This document shows positions 1 to 10,500 of a DNA stretch of 64,000 nucleotides, piece by piece. The position numbers and the translations under genes were made by a program. A model generated the notes under the pieces. It was not told the DNA's origin. It saw only the letters and a list, made by a program, of their open reading frames with translations, and searched no databases. This stretch comes from Alphaproteobacteria bacterium. GTDB lineage: Bacteria; Pseudomonadota; Alphaproteobacteria; GCA-2731375. The stretch spans positions 320,001 through 384,000 of the forward strand of contig CBDDPY010000002.1 of assembly GCA_965232515.1 (NCBI GenBank), read 5' to 3'. How positions within the stretch are numbered: position 1 is the stretch's first letter; the number at the start of each line of letters is the position of its first letter.

Positions 1-621
1 GCCATCGTCATCAAGGGCAATGGCGGTCATTTCTGCGCCGGCGGCGACATCACCACGATGACCGATCTCGACCCGGTCGCGGCGCGGGCGCGCATGAAGA
101 GCGGCCATCGCTTGGTGCGCATGCTCTACGAGGCGGAGAAACCCATCGTTGCCGCCGTCGAGGGCTTCGCCGTCGGCGCCGGGGCGGGGCTGGCGATGTC
201 GGCCGACTCGATCGTCATGGGCGAGGGCGCCACCATGGGCTTCCCGTTCTTCCGTCTCGGCCTGGTGCCCGACTGGGCCATCCTCTACTACCTGCCGCGC
301 CGCGTCGGCGTCGGCCGGGCAAAGCAGATCCTGCTCGAGGCGGCCATGGTCAAGGCGCCGCAGGCGGTCGAACTCGGCATGGCCGACCACATGGTCGCCG
401 ACGACAGCGTCGTCGCGCACGCCGTCGGCCTCGCCGAAACCTATGCCCGCCAGCCGCGCCACGCCTTCGCCATCGTCAAACGCCAGCTCCACCTCTACCC
501 CACCGGTTTCGACGAAGCGCTCGAAATGGAGGCCATGGCCCAGTCGCTCGGCTTCAGTACCGCGGACTTCGAGGAAGGCCGAAGCGCGTTCCTGGAGAAG
601 CGGAAGCCAGAGTTCGGCTGA
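1..621 (+). CDS. Enoyl-CoA hydratase/isomerase (crotonase) family protein, 5' end outside window
   Basis: Frame is open from base 1 (AIVIKGNGGHFCAGGDI). Crotonase motifs FCAGGD, KPIVAAVEGFAVGAG, LGLVPD and C-terminal DFEEGRSAFLEKRKP. Confidence 0.92.
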   Translation, partial: AIVIKGNGGHFCAGGDITTMTDLDPVAARARMKSGHRLVRMLYEAEKPIVAAVEGFAVGAGAGLAMSADSIVMGEGATMGFPFFRLGLVPDWAILYYLPRRVGVGRAKQILLEAAMVKAPQAVELGMADHMVADDSVVAHAVGLAETYARQPRHAFAIVKRQLHLYPTGFDEALEMEAMAQSLGFSTADFEEGRSAFLEKRKPEFG

Positions 622-630
622 GCAAAGGCT

Positions 631-707
631 GCCCTCATCCTCCCACGCGACTGCCGTCGCGCGGATCCCTCCCTCTCCCGCAAGCGGGAGAGGGTTGGGG
701 TGAGGGC
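631..707. repeat. Intergenic palindromic (REP/RPE-like) element between convergent genes
   Basis: Outer arms GCCCTCATCC...GGGGTGAGGGC enclose hairpins CGCGAC-TGCC-GTCGCG and CCCTCTCCCGC-AA-GCGGGAGAGGG, the form of a common alphaproteobacterial short repeat. May also act as a terminator. Confidence 0.75.
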
Positions 708-714
708 TGGTTTG

Positions 715-2169
715 TTAGTCGTATCCCGGCGGCGCCACGAACCCGCCAATCTCTTGCGCCAGCAGGCGGCTGAACTCGATTGCCGTGCGGTCGTGCAGAT
801 GCGGTGCGATGGCCTGTGCGCCAACCGGCAAGCCGGACGCCGTCAAACCGGCGGGGCTGACGGTCGACGGCAGGTAGACCACGCCGCTGATGCCGGCCCA
901 GAACAGCTGGTCCGTCGTCGGCACCGGATGGCCGTTGACGTCAATCGTCCGGTCGTGCCGCTCGCCTTCCTGGTCGTGCGGCCAGGCGGCCGACGCCGCC
1001 GCCGGGCAGAGCAGGATGTCCCAGTCCTCGAAGAACCCGGCCCAGCTTATCCGCATCTGCGTCCGCTCGTTGTGGAGCGGCAGCCAGTCCCTGTGCCGCA
1101 GCGTGTTGCCGCGCGACATGCGGGCGAGATAGGACGTGTCGTCGGCGCTGGTTTCCTCGGCGATCTGCAGCGACCGTGCGTAGACCTCCGGCGACATCCG
1201 GCCGGAGGTCGCGGCCCGCAGCAACAGCACGTAAACTTCATGCGCCCGCCGCGTATCGATGTCGGGGTGCGCGGTATCGCTCACCGTGGCGCCTGCCTTG
1301 GCGAGCGCGTCGGCGACGGCCTGCAGCCGGTCGGCATATTCGCCGTCGACCTCGGAATTCGGATCGCTCAGCTTCACCGCGACCCGGAAGTCCTTCAGCG
1401 TCGTCCGCTTCGGCGCCGGCAGCTCCAGCCGCCAACCATCCGCCTCCAGCGGGTCCGGGCCGGCCATGGCGTCGAGCGCCAGGCCCAAGTCCTCGGCGCT
1501 GCGGGCAAGCGGCCCGATTGCAGAGATATCGGCCGACGTCACGACGCCCGGCAGGGCGTGGCCGCGCGTCGGCAGGATGCCGTAGGTCGGCTTCAGGCCG
1601 AAGACGCCGCAATAATGTGCCGGGTTGCGGATCGAGGCGCCGATATCGCTGCCCGAGTCGATACCGGTCAGGCCGGCCGCCAAGGCGGCCGCCGAGCCGC
1701 CGGACGAGCCGCCCGGTGTCAGTTCGGTATTCCAGGGGTTGTTGGTGGTGCCGTAGATGGCGTTGAAACTCTGCCAGTCGGCGAGGTTGAGCGGCACGTT
1801 GGTCTTCCCGAACAGCACCACGCCCGCGGCCAGCATCCGGTCCACCGACAGGGCGTTCTTCGCCGCGATATTGTCCTTCATCTCCGGGATGCCCCAGGTC
1901 GTCGGCGACCCGGCGACGTCGTAGGATTCCTTGATCGTCATCGGCACGCCGTGCAGCGGACCCCAGATCTCGCCCTTGGCGAGCGCCGCGTCGGCCGCCC
2001 GCGCCCGCGTCCGCGCGTTGTCGACATCCATCCAGATGATGGCGTTCAGCGCCGGGTTATACTGCTCGACCCGACTCAGGTAATGGTCGAGCAGTTCCAG
2101 ACAGCCGATCTCGCGATCCCGGATCATGGCCGCGAGCTCGCTGGCCGATTTGTAGTGAATGGCGCTCAT
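715..2169 (-). CDS. Amidase (amidase-signature family)
   Basis: GPLHGVPMTIKE (catalytic Lys), TPGGSSGGSAAALAAG, GSDIGASIRNPAHYCGVFGLKPT. Confidence 0.95.
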   Translation of the reverse strand: MSAIHYKSASELAAMIRDREIGCLELLDHYLSRVEQYNPALNAIIWMDVDNARTRARAADAALAKGEIWGPLHGVPMTIKESYDVAGSPTTWGIPEMKDNIAAKNALSVDRMLAAGVVLFGKTNVPLNLADWQSFNAIYGTTNNPWNTELTPGGSSGGSAAALAAGLTGIDSGSDIGASIRNPAHYCGVFGLKPTYGILPTRGHALPGVVTSADISAIGPLARSAEDLGLALDAMAGPDPLEADGWRLELPAPKRTTLKDFRVAVKLSDPNSEVDGEYADRLQAVADALAKAGATVSDTAHPDIDTRRAHEVYVLLLRAATSGRMSPEVYARSLQIAEETSADDTSYLARMSRGNTLRHRDWLPLHNERTQMRISWAGFFEDWDILLCPAAASAAWPHDQEGERHDRTIDVNGHPVPTTDQLFWAGISGVVYLPSTVSPAGLTASGLPVGAQAIAPHLHDRTAIEFSRLLAQEIGGFVAPPGYD

Positions 2170-2253
2170 GAAGATTCTTCCTTTCGCTGATCAGCGACGA
2201 TGTTCCCGTGCCGCCGCGCCGAAGGCAAGCGCGCAAGCCATGATCGACCACGC

Positions 2254-3483
2254 ATGAAGGCCGAAACGCAGGCCATGGACGGCGCGGCGACGCATCCGTT
2301 TCGCTGGGCGATGCTGGCCGGCGTCTGGCTGATCTATCTCTGTTTCGGGCTGACCATCGCCGCCATGGCGCCAATGGTCGGCACCGTGACGCAGGAACTG
2401 GGCATCAGCAACTCCGCCATGGGCAGCGTGCTCGGCGCCTGGCCGCTGGTCTATATCTTCTCGGCCATTCCCTGCGGCGCGCTGCTGGACCGCATCGGGC
2501 CGCGCTGGGGACTGCTGCTGGCCGCCGTGATCATGGCCGCGTCCGGCGGCCTGCGCGGGCTCGCCGACGGCCATCTCGATCTATTCCTGGCGACCGCGCT
2601 GTTCGGTCTCGGCGGTCCGTTGATCTCGGTCGGCGCGCCCAAGGTGATTGCGCTCTGGTTCGAGGGCAAGGAGCGGGGGCTGGCCATGGGCATTTACATT
2701 ACCGGTCCGGCGCTCGGCGGCATCGCCGCGCTGTCGCTCACCAACAGCGTGGCCATGCCGGCATTCGGCGGCGACTGGCGGCTGGTGCTGGTGGTCTATG
2801 CCGCCGTGGTGCTGATCAGCGCCGCGGTCTGGCTCGGCATCAGCGCGCATCCGGCCGCCCGCGCCGTCGAGCGCGATCTCGCGGCCGCGCCCAGGCGTTC
2901 GCAATTCGCCGTCTTCGCCGACCTGATTGGTCTGCGCAGCGTGCAGATCATGCTGGTGATGGCGGTCGGCATCTTCTTCTTCAACCACTCGATCAGCAAC
3001 TGGCTGCCCGAGATGTTGCGCAGCGGCGGCATGGATGCGCGCAGCGCCGGCTATTGGGCGTCGGTGTCGGTCGCGGCCGCGATTGTCGGCTCGCTGCTGA
3101 TCCCCCGGCTCGCGGTGCCGTCGCGCCGCCTGATCATCATGTTCCTGCTGGTGCTGAGCGCCGGTGTGGCGACCTTGCTGATCCCACAGCCGCCGGGCGC
3201 CCTGCTGGCCACCGGATTGATCCTGCAGGGCATCACCCGCGGCTCGATGATGACCATCGCCATCCTGATCCTGGTCGAGACGCCCGAGGTTGGCGCCCGC
3301 AATGCCGGTTCGGCCGGCGGGCTGTTCTTTTCGGCCGCCGAGATCGGTGGCGTGCTCGGCCCGCTGACCGTCGGCTATCTTTCCGACGTGACGGGCGGCT
3401 TTGGCGCGGCCCTGCATCTGCTGACCGGCATCTGCGCGGCGCTGATGCTGCTCCTCGCCCTGCTGCGACGGCAGCACGGCTAG
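2254..3483 (+). CDS. MFS transporter (CynX/NimT-like)
   Basis: About 12 hydrophobic segments, motif A GALLDRIGPRW, WFEGKERGLAMG. Start is approximate (ATG 2254 or 2275). Confidence 0.88.
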   Translation: MKAETQAMDGAATHPFRWAMLAGVWLIYLCFGLTIAAMAPMVGTVTQELGISNSAMGSVLGAWPLVYIFSAIPCGALLDRIGPRWGLLLAAVIMAASGGLRGLADGHLDLFLATALFGLGGPLISVGAPKVIALWFEGKERGLAMGIYITGPALGGIAALSLTNSVAMPAFGGDWRLVLVVYAAVVLISAAVWLGISAHPAARAVERDLAAAPRRSQFAVFADLIGLRSVQIMLVMAVGIFFFNHSISNWLPEMLRSGGMDARSAGYWASVSVAAAIVGSLLIPRLAVPSRRLIIMFLLVLSAGVATLLIPQPPGALLATGLILQGITRGSMMTIAILILVETPEVGARNAGSAGGLFFSAAEIGGVLGPLTVGYLSDVTGGFGAALHLLTGICAALMLLLALLRRQHG

Positions 3484-3487
3484 ATCG

Positions 3488-6400
3488 CTACAGGTTGACG
3501 ACTTCGACGAACACGGGCCGCCGGCGGCTGTCCCGCCCGCGGCTGTCGGTCAGATGCTCCTCGTATTCGGCGATCAACAGGCGGTAGCGGTTCTTCGTCG
3601 CCGGCCGATCCGGCAGCGTGATGCTGCCCTGCCAGATGCTCGGCGGCCGGATCACGTCGAAGATCACCGGATCGCGCAGCACCGCCTTGAAATCGCCCTT
3701 CGCGACCAGCCGCTCGCCGTCGACCTTGGCGCGTTTGATGGCCGTCGCGGTGGGTTTGCGCCGGCCTGTCTCGGTCACCAGCGAGAGTGTGCCCCGGTCC
3801 CGCGTTGGCCGGATATCGGCGACCTTCTGCCAGCCGAGATCGGTACCGATCGTCTCGTTCATTTTCTCCAGCGTCACCTCGATGACGGTCTGGCGCGCCA
3901 CGGTGCTGTTTTCGCGCGAACCTGTGGACTGGCTGTAGCGGTGGCCGAAGACGCCGATCTTGCGCACCAGCGGATTTCGCCGGTCAGGGGTGACGACGAC
4001 GGACCGGTCCGGCGTCAACTGCATGAACTCGGCCAGCACGATCTGCGACAGGTTCATCCGGTAGACCGAAACCGGGTGATAGCGCGCCAGCGCCAGCCGG
4101 ACGAAGGGGTAATAGACCGTGCCGGGCCGGATCACGATGTCGCAGAAATAGAGATCCCGGTCCGCGTCGTAGCCGACCTCGTGCGGCACCACGTCGAGGT
4201 GCAGATTGCCCTGAGCGGCGTCGGGATGCGGCAACTGCGACGTTGGGAAGGGACCCGGCCGCAATTCCAGCTCTTCCGGCGGCATGAAATCGGGCCGGTA
4301 GGGGCCGAGATCGTCGCGGTCCGCGACGCGCAGCGGGAACCGGTTCGGCCGAGGCGCCGCCGTCTTGATCGTCGCCCCGCCCCAGATCGGATCGGTGCCC
4401 CATTGCGTGACGAAGGGCTTGTACGCGCCGTCGATCGCCGTCGTCGAGGCGTTTTCCGGCGGCAGCACGACGCCCAGCATCTCGCCCCAGCCGGATGTGT
4501 ACCAGGGCCGGTCGAGATAGACGCGCAGACCGCCGCCGCCGCGCCAGCTCGTGCGGCCGCCGCGGCCAATCTTGTCGCGGCTCCAGCCGAAGGTCGGCAC
4601 CACGTAAAGCACTTCCGGCGCCGGTGGCTGCGCGGCGTTCGCGGCCCAGACGGTCTGTTCGTCCGAGACCACCTTGATCGCCGCGTTGTCGGGCACCGCC
4701 TTGATGGCTTCCGGCATGTATTCCCGGAACCGGGTCGTGGCCTCGGCGTGATAGGTGATCCGCCGGTAGCGCGTGTCGCCGAACTCGTGTCGTCCCTGCA
4801 CCGACAGGATACCGCTCTCGGCCTCGGTGCGGCGGATCCGGCGCTCGAACGCATGCCCGGCCATGGCCAGGTTTCGCGGCGAGCCGGCGGCGGGCCGGTC
4901 CTGCGGCTCGTTCCACTGCCCCAGCAGGTCCAGCTTCAGCGTGCTCTTGGCATGGATCGGCGTGCGGAAGGTGGGCCGCGCCCAGGTCGCGTTGGCCTGC
5001 CGCGACACCGTCAGAAGGCTGACATCGGGCGTGACCAGCGGCTTCTGCACGGCATGCACCAGTGTCAGCGTGCGCCACGGCGTGAACATCCAGTGCTGGC
5101 CGCGCTCGATGCGCGCGCGCAACGTATCCACCTGATCCGGCGTCAACCCGGCGGTAGCCCATTCCCACAGGCCCATCTGTTCCAGCGCGCCGGCCGGCAG
5201 CAGGCAGCTCAGCCGCAGCTTCGCCACCTCCGCCTTCGGCAGCGGCACGTTCAGCGTGCGCGTGCCGGCGTCGTAGCCCGCTGTCGCCCCGTCCTGCTCG
5301 AAGATATGGATCTTGAAGGGCAGGGCGTCCGGCCAGGGCGAGGCGGCATCGACGAACAGCGCCGGGATCAGGTCGTTCGGGTCCTGGCCTGGCAGATCAA
5401 AGATTCGCGCCACGGCGGCCTCGGCGAACGGATCGGCCAGATACGGCAGGCCGCTCGTTTCCGGCAGCACGGCATAGGTCACCGGCACCAACGGCGATGC
5501 CGGCGTCGGGCCTGGCGTCATGAAGTCGACCGCTTCCAGCACGCCGTCGCGCGTCGACAGCAGTTGGAAGCTCGCCGGATCGAGCTTGCCGCCGGTATCC
5601 AGCATGCTGTGTTGAATAATCTGCGACTGCTTGATGTTGTTCGGCAGGGCCAACCGATCGGCCTGTTCGGCCGCCGGAATGCTGTTGTCGGCCTCGGTCG
5701 CGTTATAGCTGCGGATCGCGACGATGGACATGGACTCGCCCGGCCCCGGCTCCGTCACCGGCGGTCCGTCCTTGATCAGCGCCAGCGCCGGCGCTTCCAC
5801 CGGTTCGAACCGCAGATAGCGCTCGGGATTGCTGGCGGTGTTGGGGGTGCCGATCTCGTCCTCGGTGAAGGGCAGGGAATTGCCGGCCAGATCGACGATG
5901 CGCGCCCGCAGCCGATAGTCCCGGCCGAACCTGAGCGACGGCAGAGAACCGGGATGCGCCTCGAAATTCGCTTCCAGGCCGATGCCGTCCGGCGCCTGGT
6001 TGTCCAGGCTCTTCGGCTGGTCCTCGGGATCGATGGTCAGGCCCGGCATCGGCGCCGACAGGCTCCAGCCGCTCCAGGTGAAGACGCCCTCGTGCAGCTT
6101 GACGATGTCGTCGTTGACGCCGTCCTCGGGCGTGGTGGTGGCGCCCAGACGGACCATGCCCTCTTCGTCCGACGTCTGCAGCAGATCGCTGGTGCGGGTC
6201 AGGCGATAGGCGCCGTCGCGCCGGCACAGGGACTGCCACTGCCCGGTCGTCTTGTCGTGAATGTCGATGCGGAAGCCGCGGATCAGGTCCTCGGCATAGA
6301 CCAGCACATCCTGGTTGCTGTTGGCCTGGTTCTGGAAATCGGCGGCGTTCTGGATCGCCGTTTCCAGCGCGCCGCCGCGGCCCTCCTCGGCCAGTGTCAG

Positions 6401-7582
6401 GCCCGATGTGCGGAGGCTCGGCGCGCCGTCACGGCGAACCTGGTCCTTCTCCTCCTCGGTCGTATTGTCCGACAGCGGCAGGGTGCGCAACGACGCGCCG
6501 AAGCCCAGAGACTTCATCACCATGCCGTCGACATCGACCTGCAACAGCCGGAAGTTGTCGTCGGCCAGCCGCAGCATGCGGCCTTCAATGGGCGTGCTGG
6601 CATTGCGCGGCCGCGGTTCGAAACCGTCCGGCGTCAGGCGCGTGCGCGTGAACGGCAGGATATCCGGATCGGCGACGACGCCGGCGCCCGTGTCGCTCGC
6701 CGGCGCCCAATCGACCTTGACCGACAGCCAATGCTCCGTCGGGCCGGCTGGCAGGGCGCGGCGCGGCACCGTCAGGTCGACCACCAGGCCCAGCAGCCGC
6801 AGCAGCACCGGATACTGGTTCATGGCCGAGACGATCTGGTGGAAGTCGATCAGGTCCTTGAAGTCTTCCGGCTTCGGCATGGCGACCTGCTTGAAGGTCG
6901 ACCATTTTGCGTCTTCCCGCGGGTCGTCCGGACCCTTGTTCTGATAGCTGCTCTGCGCCGGCAGCGACAACGGGGTGTGATAGGCCGAGAACTTCGTCAG
7001 CGGTTCGAACAAGGGTCGGATCGAGGCGAAATTGGACCCCGGGAAGTCCTCCTTGTCGCGCAGGGAGTCGAAATAGCGAAACCCGAACGGCCGTTGCTGT
7101 TTGTGCTCGGTCTGGCCGCGGAAATTGGTGAAGTCCCTGATTTCGCCCAGCAATTGGTTCAGATCGCGTGTCGGCGGCAGCTCGTCATCGGCGGTCTGCA
7201 ACAGGTTGACGTAGAGGTCCTGAAAGGCGTCGTGCAGCTTTGCCAACGGATAGGACACGACCTTGGCGTCCGTCAGGTCCTCGAAATCGTAGGGCCGCAC
7301 GAAGGTCTCGGGCGCGAAGATCGCCCGCCAGACCGTCGGGTCCGGCGCGCTGATTCGGCTGGCCTCGACCGTATCGGCGCCGAAACTGACCTGGAAAGAC
7401 GTGTTCGCCAGCGTTGCCGGCCAGTCCACGAAGTCCGGAAACTGTGCCAGCTCGAACGCGCCGGCCGCCTGGGTCAGCCGCAGGCGCGGCGAGACCAGCA
7501 CGGAGAGCTGCAGCAATTCACCGCCGTCCGACACGCCGTTCGGCAGGCAGGTCCACAGCACTTGTTGGTTCTTGTTTGCCAT
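3488..7582 (-). CDS. Large hypothetical protein (1364 aa), probably multi beta-sandwich
   Basis: Long ORF with normal GC3-biased codons and a GGGGGG-type RBS 10 bp after the upstream stop. FN3/Ig-like strand motifs (LRFGRDYRLRARIVDLAGN, IRPGTVYYPFVRL). No signal peptide or enzyme motif recognised. Confidence 0.85.
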   Translation of the reverse strand: MANKNQQVLWTCLPNGVSDGGELLQLSVLVSPRLRLTQAAGAFELAQFPDFVDWPATLANTSFQVSFGADTVEASRISAPDPTVWRAIFAPETFVRPYDFEDLTDAKVVSYPLAKLHDAFQDLYVNLLQTADDELPPTRDLNQLLGEIRDFTNFRGQTEHKQQRPFGFRYFDSLRDKEDFPGSNFASIRPLFEPLTKFSAYHTPLSLPAQSSYQNKGPDDPREDAKWSTFKQVAMPKPEDFKDLIDFHQIVSAMNQYPVLLRLLGLVVDLTVPRRALPAGPTEHWLSVKVDWAPASDTGAGVVADPDILPFTRTRLTPDGFEPRPRNASTPIEGRMLRLADDNFRLLQVDVDGMVMKSLGFGASLRTLPLSDNTTEEEKDQVRRDGAPSLRTSGLTLAEEGRGGALETAIQNAADFQNQANSNQDVLVYAEDLIRGFRIDIHDKTTGQWQSLCRRDGAYRLTRTSDLLQTSDEEGMVRLGATTTPEDGVNDDIVKLHEGVFTWSGWSLSAPMPGLTIDPEDQPKSLDNQAPDGIGLEANFEAHPGSLPSLRFGRDYRLRARIVDLAGNSLPFTEDEIGTPNTASNPERYLRFEPVEAPALALIKDGPPVTEPGPGESMSIVAIRSYNATEADNSIPAAEQADRLALPNNIKQSQIIQHSMLDTGGKLDPASFQLLSTRDGVLEAVDFMTPGPTPASPLVPVTYAVLPETSGLPYLADPFAEAAVARIFDLPGQDPNDLIPALFVDAASPWPDALPFKIHIFEQDGATAGYDAGTRTLNVPLPKAEVAKLRLSCLLPAGALEQMGLWEWATAGLTPDQVDTLRARIERGQHWMFTPWRTLTLVHAVQKPLVTPDVSLLTVSRQANATWARPTFRTPIHAKSTLKLDLLGQWNEPQDRPAAGSPRNLAMAGHAFERRIRRTEAESGILSVQGRHEFGDTRYRRITYHAEATTRFREYMPEAIKAVPDNAAIKVVSDEQTVWAANAAQPPAPEVLYVVPTFGWSRDKIGRGGRTSWRGGGGLRVYLDRPWYTSGWGEMLGVVLPPENASTTAIDGAYKPFVTQWGTDPIWGGATIKTAAPRPNRFPLRVADRDDLGPYRPDFMPPEELELRPGPFPTSQLPHPDAAQGNLHLDVVPHEVGYDADRDLYFCDIVIRPGTVYYPFVRLALARYHPVSVYRMNLSQIVLAEFMQLTPDRSVVVTPDRRNPLVRKIGVFGHRYSQSTGSRENSTVARQTVIEVTLEKMNETIGTDLGWQKVADIRPTRDRGTLSLVTETGRRKPTATAIKRAKVDGERLVAKGDFKAVLRDPVIFDVIRPPSIWQGSITLPDRPATKNRYRLLIAEYEEHLTDSRGRDSRRRPVFVEVVNL

Positions 7583-7592
7583 GCCGCCCCCC

Positions 7593-10500
7593 TCAGGCGA
7601 ACGCCGCGCAGTAACGCTGCCAGGTGGCGGCGTCCGGAATGAGCTCGATGAAGCGCGGATCGGCGTTCGAGCCGGCGAACTTGCGTTCGACCTTGACCGT
7701 GACCGAGGTGCTGAAGAACAGGATCTCGATCTCGACCTTCAGCGAGGCCTGGCCGCGCAGTTCCGATTTCTGGTTCGCCTTGTGATAGCTGAGCGACAGG
7801 TGGAAGGTCAGCGACACCGAGATCAGGCCCAGCACCGACAGCTCGCCGCCCATCTCGACGAAGCCCTCGAACAGCACGGATTCATCCGGGCCCTGCACCT
7901 GCCAGCGGAAATAGAAGCCGGCCTTCACATAGACGCCGCCCGACGCGACGCCGAGATTGATCGAGATCGAGGCGCCGAACTCGAACTGGGCTTCGACAAG
8001 CTCGACGCCTTCGGATGAGATGCCGAGCCCGAAGAAGCCGCCGCCGCCGAACAGCGAGACCGTCAGGTTGAAGGTGTTGTGCCGTTCGCCGAAGTTGAAC
8101 CGGACGACCGCCTTCTGGCCGGTGAACGGCAGCTCGAACCCGGCGCCCAGCGAGATGTTCTGCAACGCCGCGATGCCGACCGCCACGTCTGGCAGGCTCA
8201 GCGCGTAGCTCGCCTTCAGCCCGGTCGGCGAGATCGCCAGGTCGGGCGGATCGGAGAAGCCGTTGCTGGGGATGAACTTGCGCAGCTCGTTCACGAACTC
8301 CAACGGCCCGCCGAACGTGACCGCGTCGACGGGATCGAGATTGACGTCGACGTCGGGCTTCTTGCCGGCCTCGACCGAGAACACCAGTTCCCGGAACCAG
8401 ATGTGCACGAAGCCGAACAGGTTGATCTTAAAGTTCGTCAGCTTGGCGTCGGTGAAGCTCTGTGGCGCGCCCGGCGTGCCTGTGGGATCGATGGGCGTCA
8501 CCACTTTCGAGGTCAGGTCCAGCACGCTGGTGCCGCCGGCATTGGCGACGAACAGCGGCTTGCCGCCGTCGCCCAGATCGTCGCGGTACCAGCGGTAGCG
8601 CGCTTCGATCTTGTCCGGCAGCTCGAAGGTCTTGAGCTGCGGCACACTGCTGTCGCCGGTGGCGAACGAAATCAGCGAGAACAGATCTCCCAGGCTGACC
8701 CCGCCCAGGATGGTGACGTCCTTCAGCGCCGCCAGCGGGTCGAAGTCGCCGCCCGCGAAGGTGCCGACATCGCCGGCCACCGTGCCGAAGCTGCGCGACA
8801 GGCCGGAGATATCCATGTTCGGCGCGATGAAGCCGCCGACCTTGTCGCTCGTGTTGCCGGCGCCGAATGTCAGGGGCAGGGCGTTCGACAGCTCCAGGAA
8901 GATTTGGCCGGGATTGCTCGGCCCGAATTCGTCGTTCAGATAGCCCTGGAAGAACTTGACGGCGACGGTCTGGCCCTGGCCCAGCAGCCGGTCGAGCGAG
9001 CCGACATTGACGTCGGCTTCGTCGAACGCGGGATAGAATTGCGGCCGGTTGCTCGGCACCGAACCCGCCGGCTTCGCGCCCAGGAACGAGACGGCCTGCG
9101 TCGCGAAGGTGGTGTCGCCCTCGCTGTCGCCGGCGACCTCCTGGCTGGCGTAGCGGACGGTGGCGCCGCCCAAATCGGCCTTGCGCAGATCGGCCTTGGC
9201 GGCAAACGCGTCGGCCACGTCGTCGACGCCGGCCGGGATCTTGTTGACGATCTCCGACATGAAGATCAGCGGCATGGCGAAGGCGATCCGGTTGCCCGCC
9301 TTGTCCGTCGCCAACAGGTCGAACTTGAAGAAGTCGCCGCTGACCCGCGGCCAGAACGCCATGCGGCGTTTGATGCCGTTGTAACTGAGGTGCGGTTCCA
9401 GGCCGCTGGCGCCGACGCCGGGTTGCGCCAGGTTCGGCGTGACCTTGGTCAGCACCTCGACTTTCTCGAAGGGGAAATCGAGCGCGCCGTAAGCCTGCTT
9501 CGGGCCGGGATAGGTTTTCACCGGCTCGCGCACGACGATGAAGTAGCGCTGCCGCAGATAGGCCGCCCGGCCGGCGTTCTGCGGCATGTTTTGGAACTTG
9601 CGCTCGGTCACCTTGACCAGCGAGGCGGCGTGGCCGAAGGGATAGAGGAACCCGGCATAGATCACACGGACGTAGTAGTCGCGGGCCATGGCCGCCCGGT
9701 GCGTCCAAGATTCCAGATCGACCGCTTCCGGCCGGATGTTCCAATTGCCCTCGCTGTCGAGCCAGCCGCCGAGCGTGCTCAGCATCAGGCGTTTGGCCTG
9801 CGTCGGCTTCGGCGTGTACGCCGTGTTGCCGCCGGTCGGATTCGCCAGGTCCTGGCCCCAGTCGGCCGTCAACTGCACCAGCATCTTGCGGTCGAGTTGG
9901 GTCAGCGACATGCGGAACGGCACCTGCCCGTCGCTGGGATTGGGGTTCGGATAGTCGGGCGACCAGATTGCCCGCAGCATCGGCCGCGCCGGCCCGTCCT
10001 CGATCACCTCGCCGTCGTCCTTGCGGCCGAGCCGCGTGTGCCACAGCTCGGTGCGGTTCGCGTGCGCGACCGGCAGGTCGCTGTGCGTAAAGCCCGCCGG
10101 CTGGATCGGCGATTGGATCAGGCGATAGGGCAACTCGATCGCGGTGACGTGCTTCGGCGGCTCGTGCGGTGTCAGGATCAGCGGCAGCAGCGGCACGACG
10201 GACAGGTCGATGGCGTCGACCTCGAAACGGCCCGCCGTGACCTCGGTTGCCACGCGGCTGGCCACCTCAAGCTCGAGCAGCGACCGCGCACGGCTTTTAT
10301 CGGTATCGTCGAGACCACCCGGCAGGCCACGCAGGCCGGCAGACAGCTCCCGTTCGACAAGCGTGTTGATCGTCTTCGCATCGATGGCGCCCCGACCGGC
10401 CGAGAGTTGCTTCACGACGGCGTCGGCAACCCGGCCGCCGGCGCGGGTCATCAGTGTGCCGAGCTCCGCCGCGTCCGACGTCGTCAGGTCGCTGCGGATC

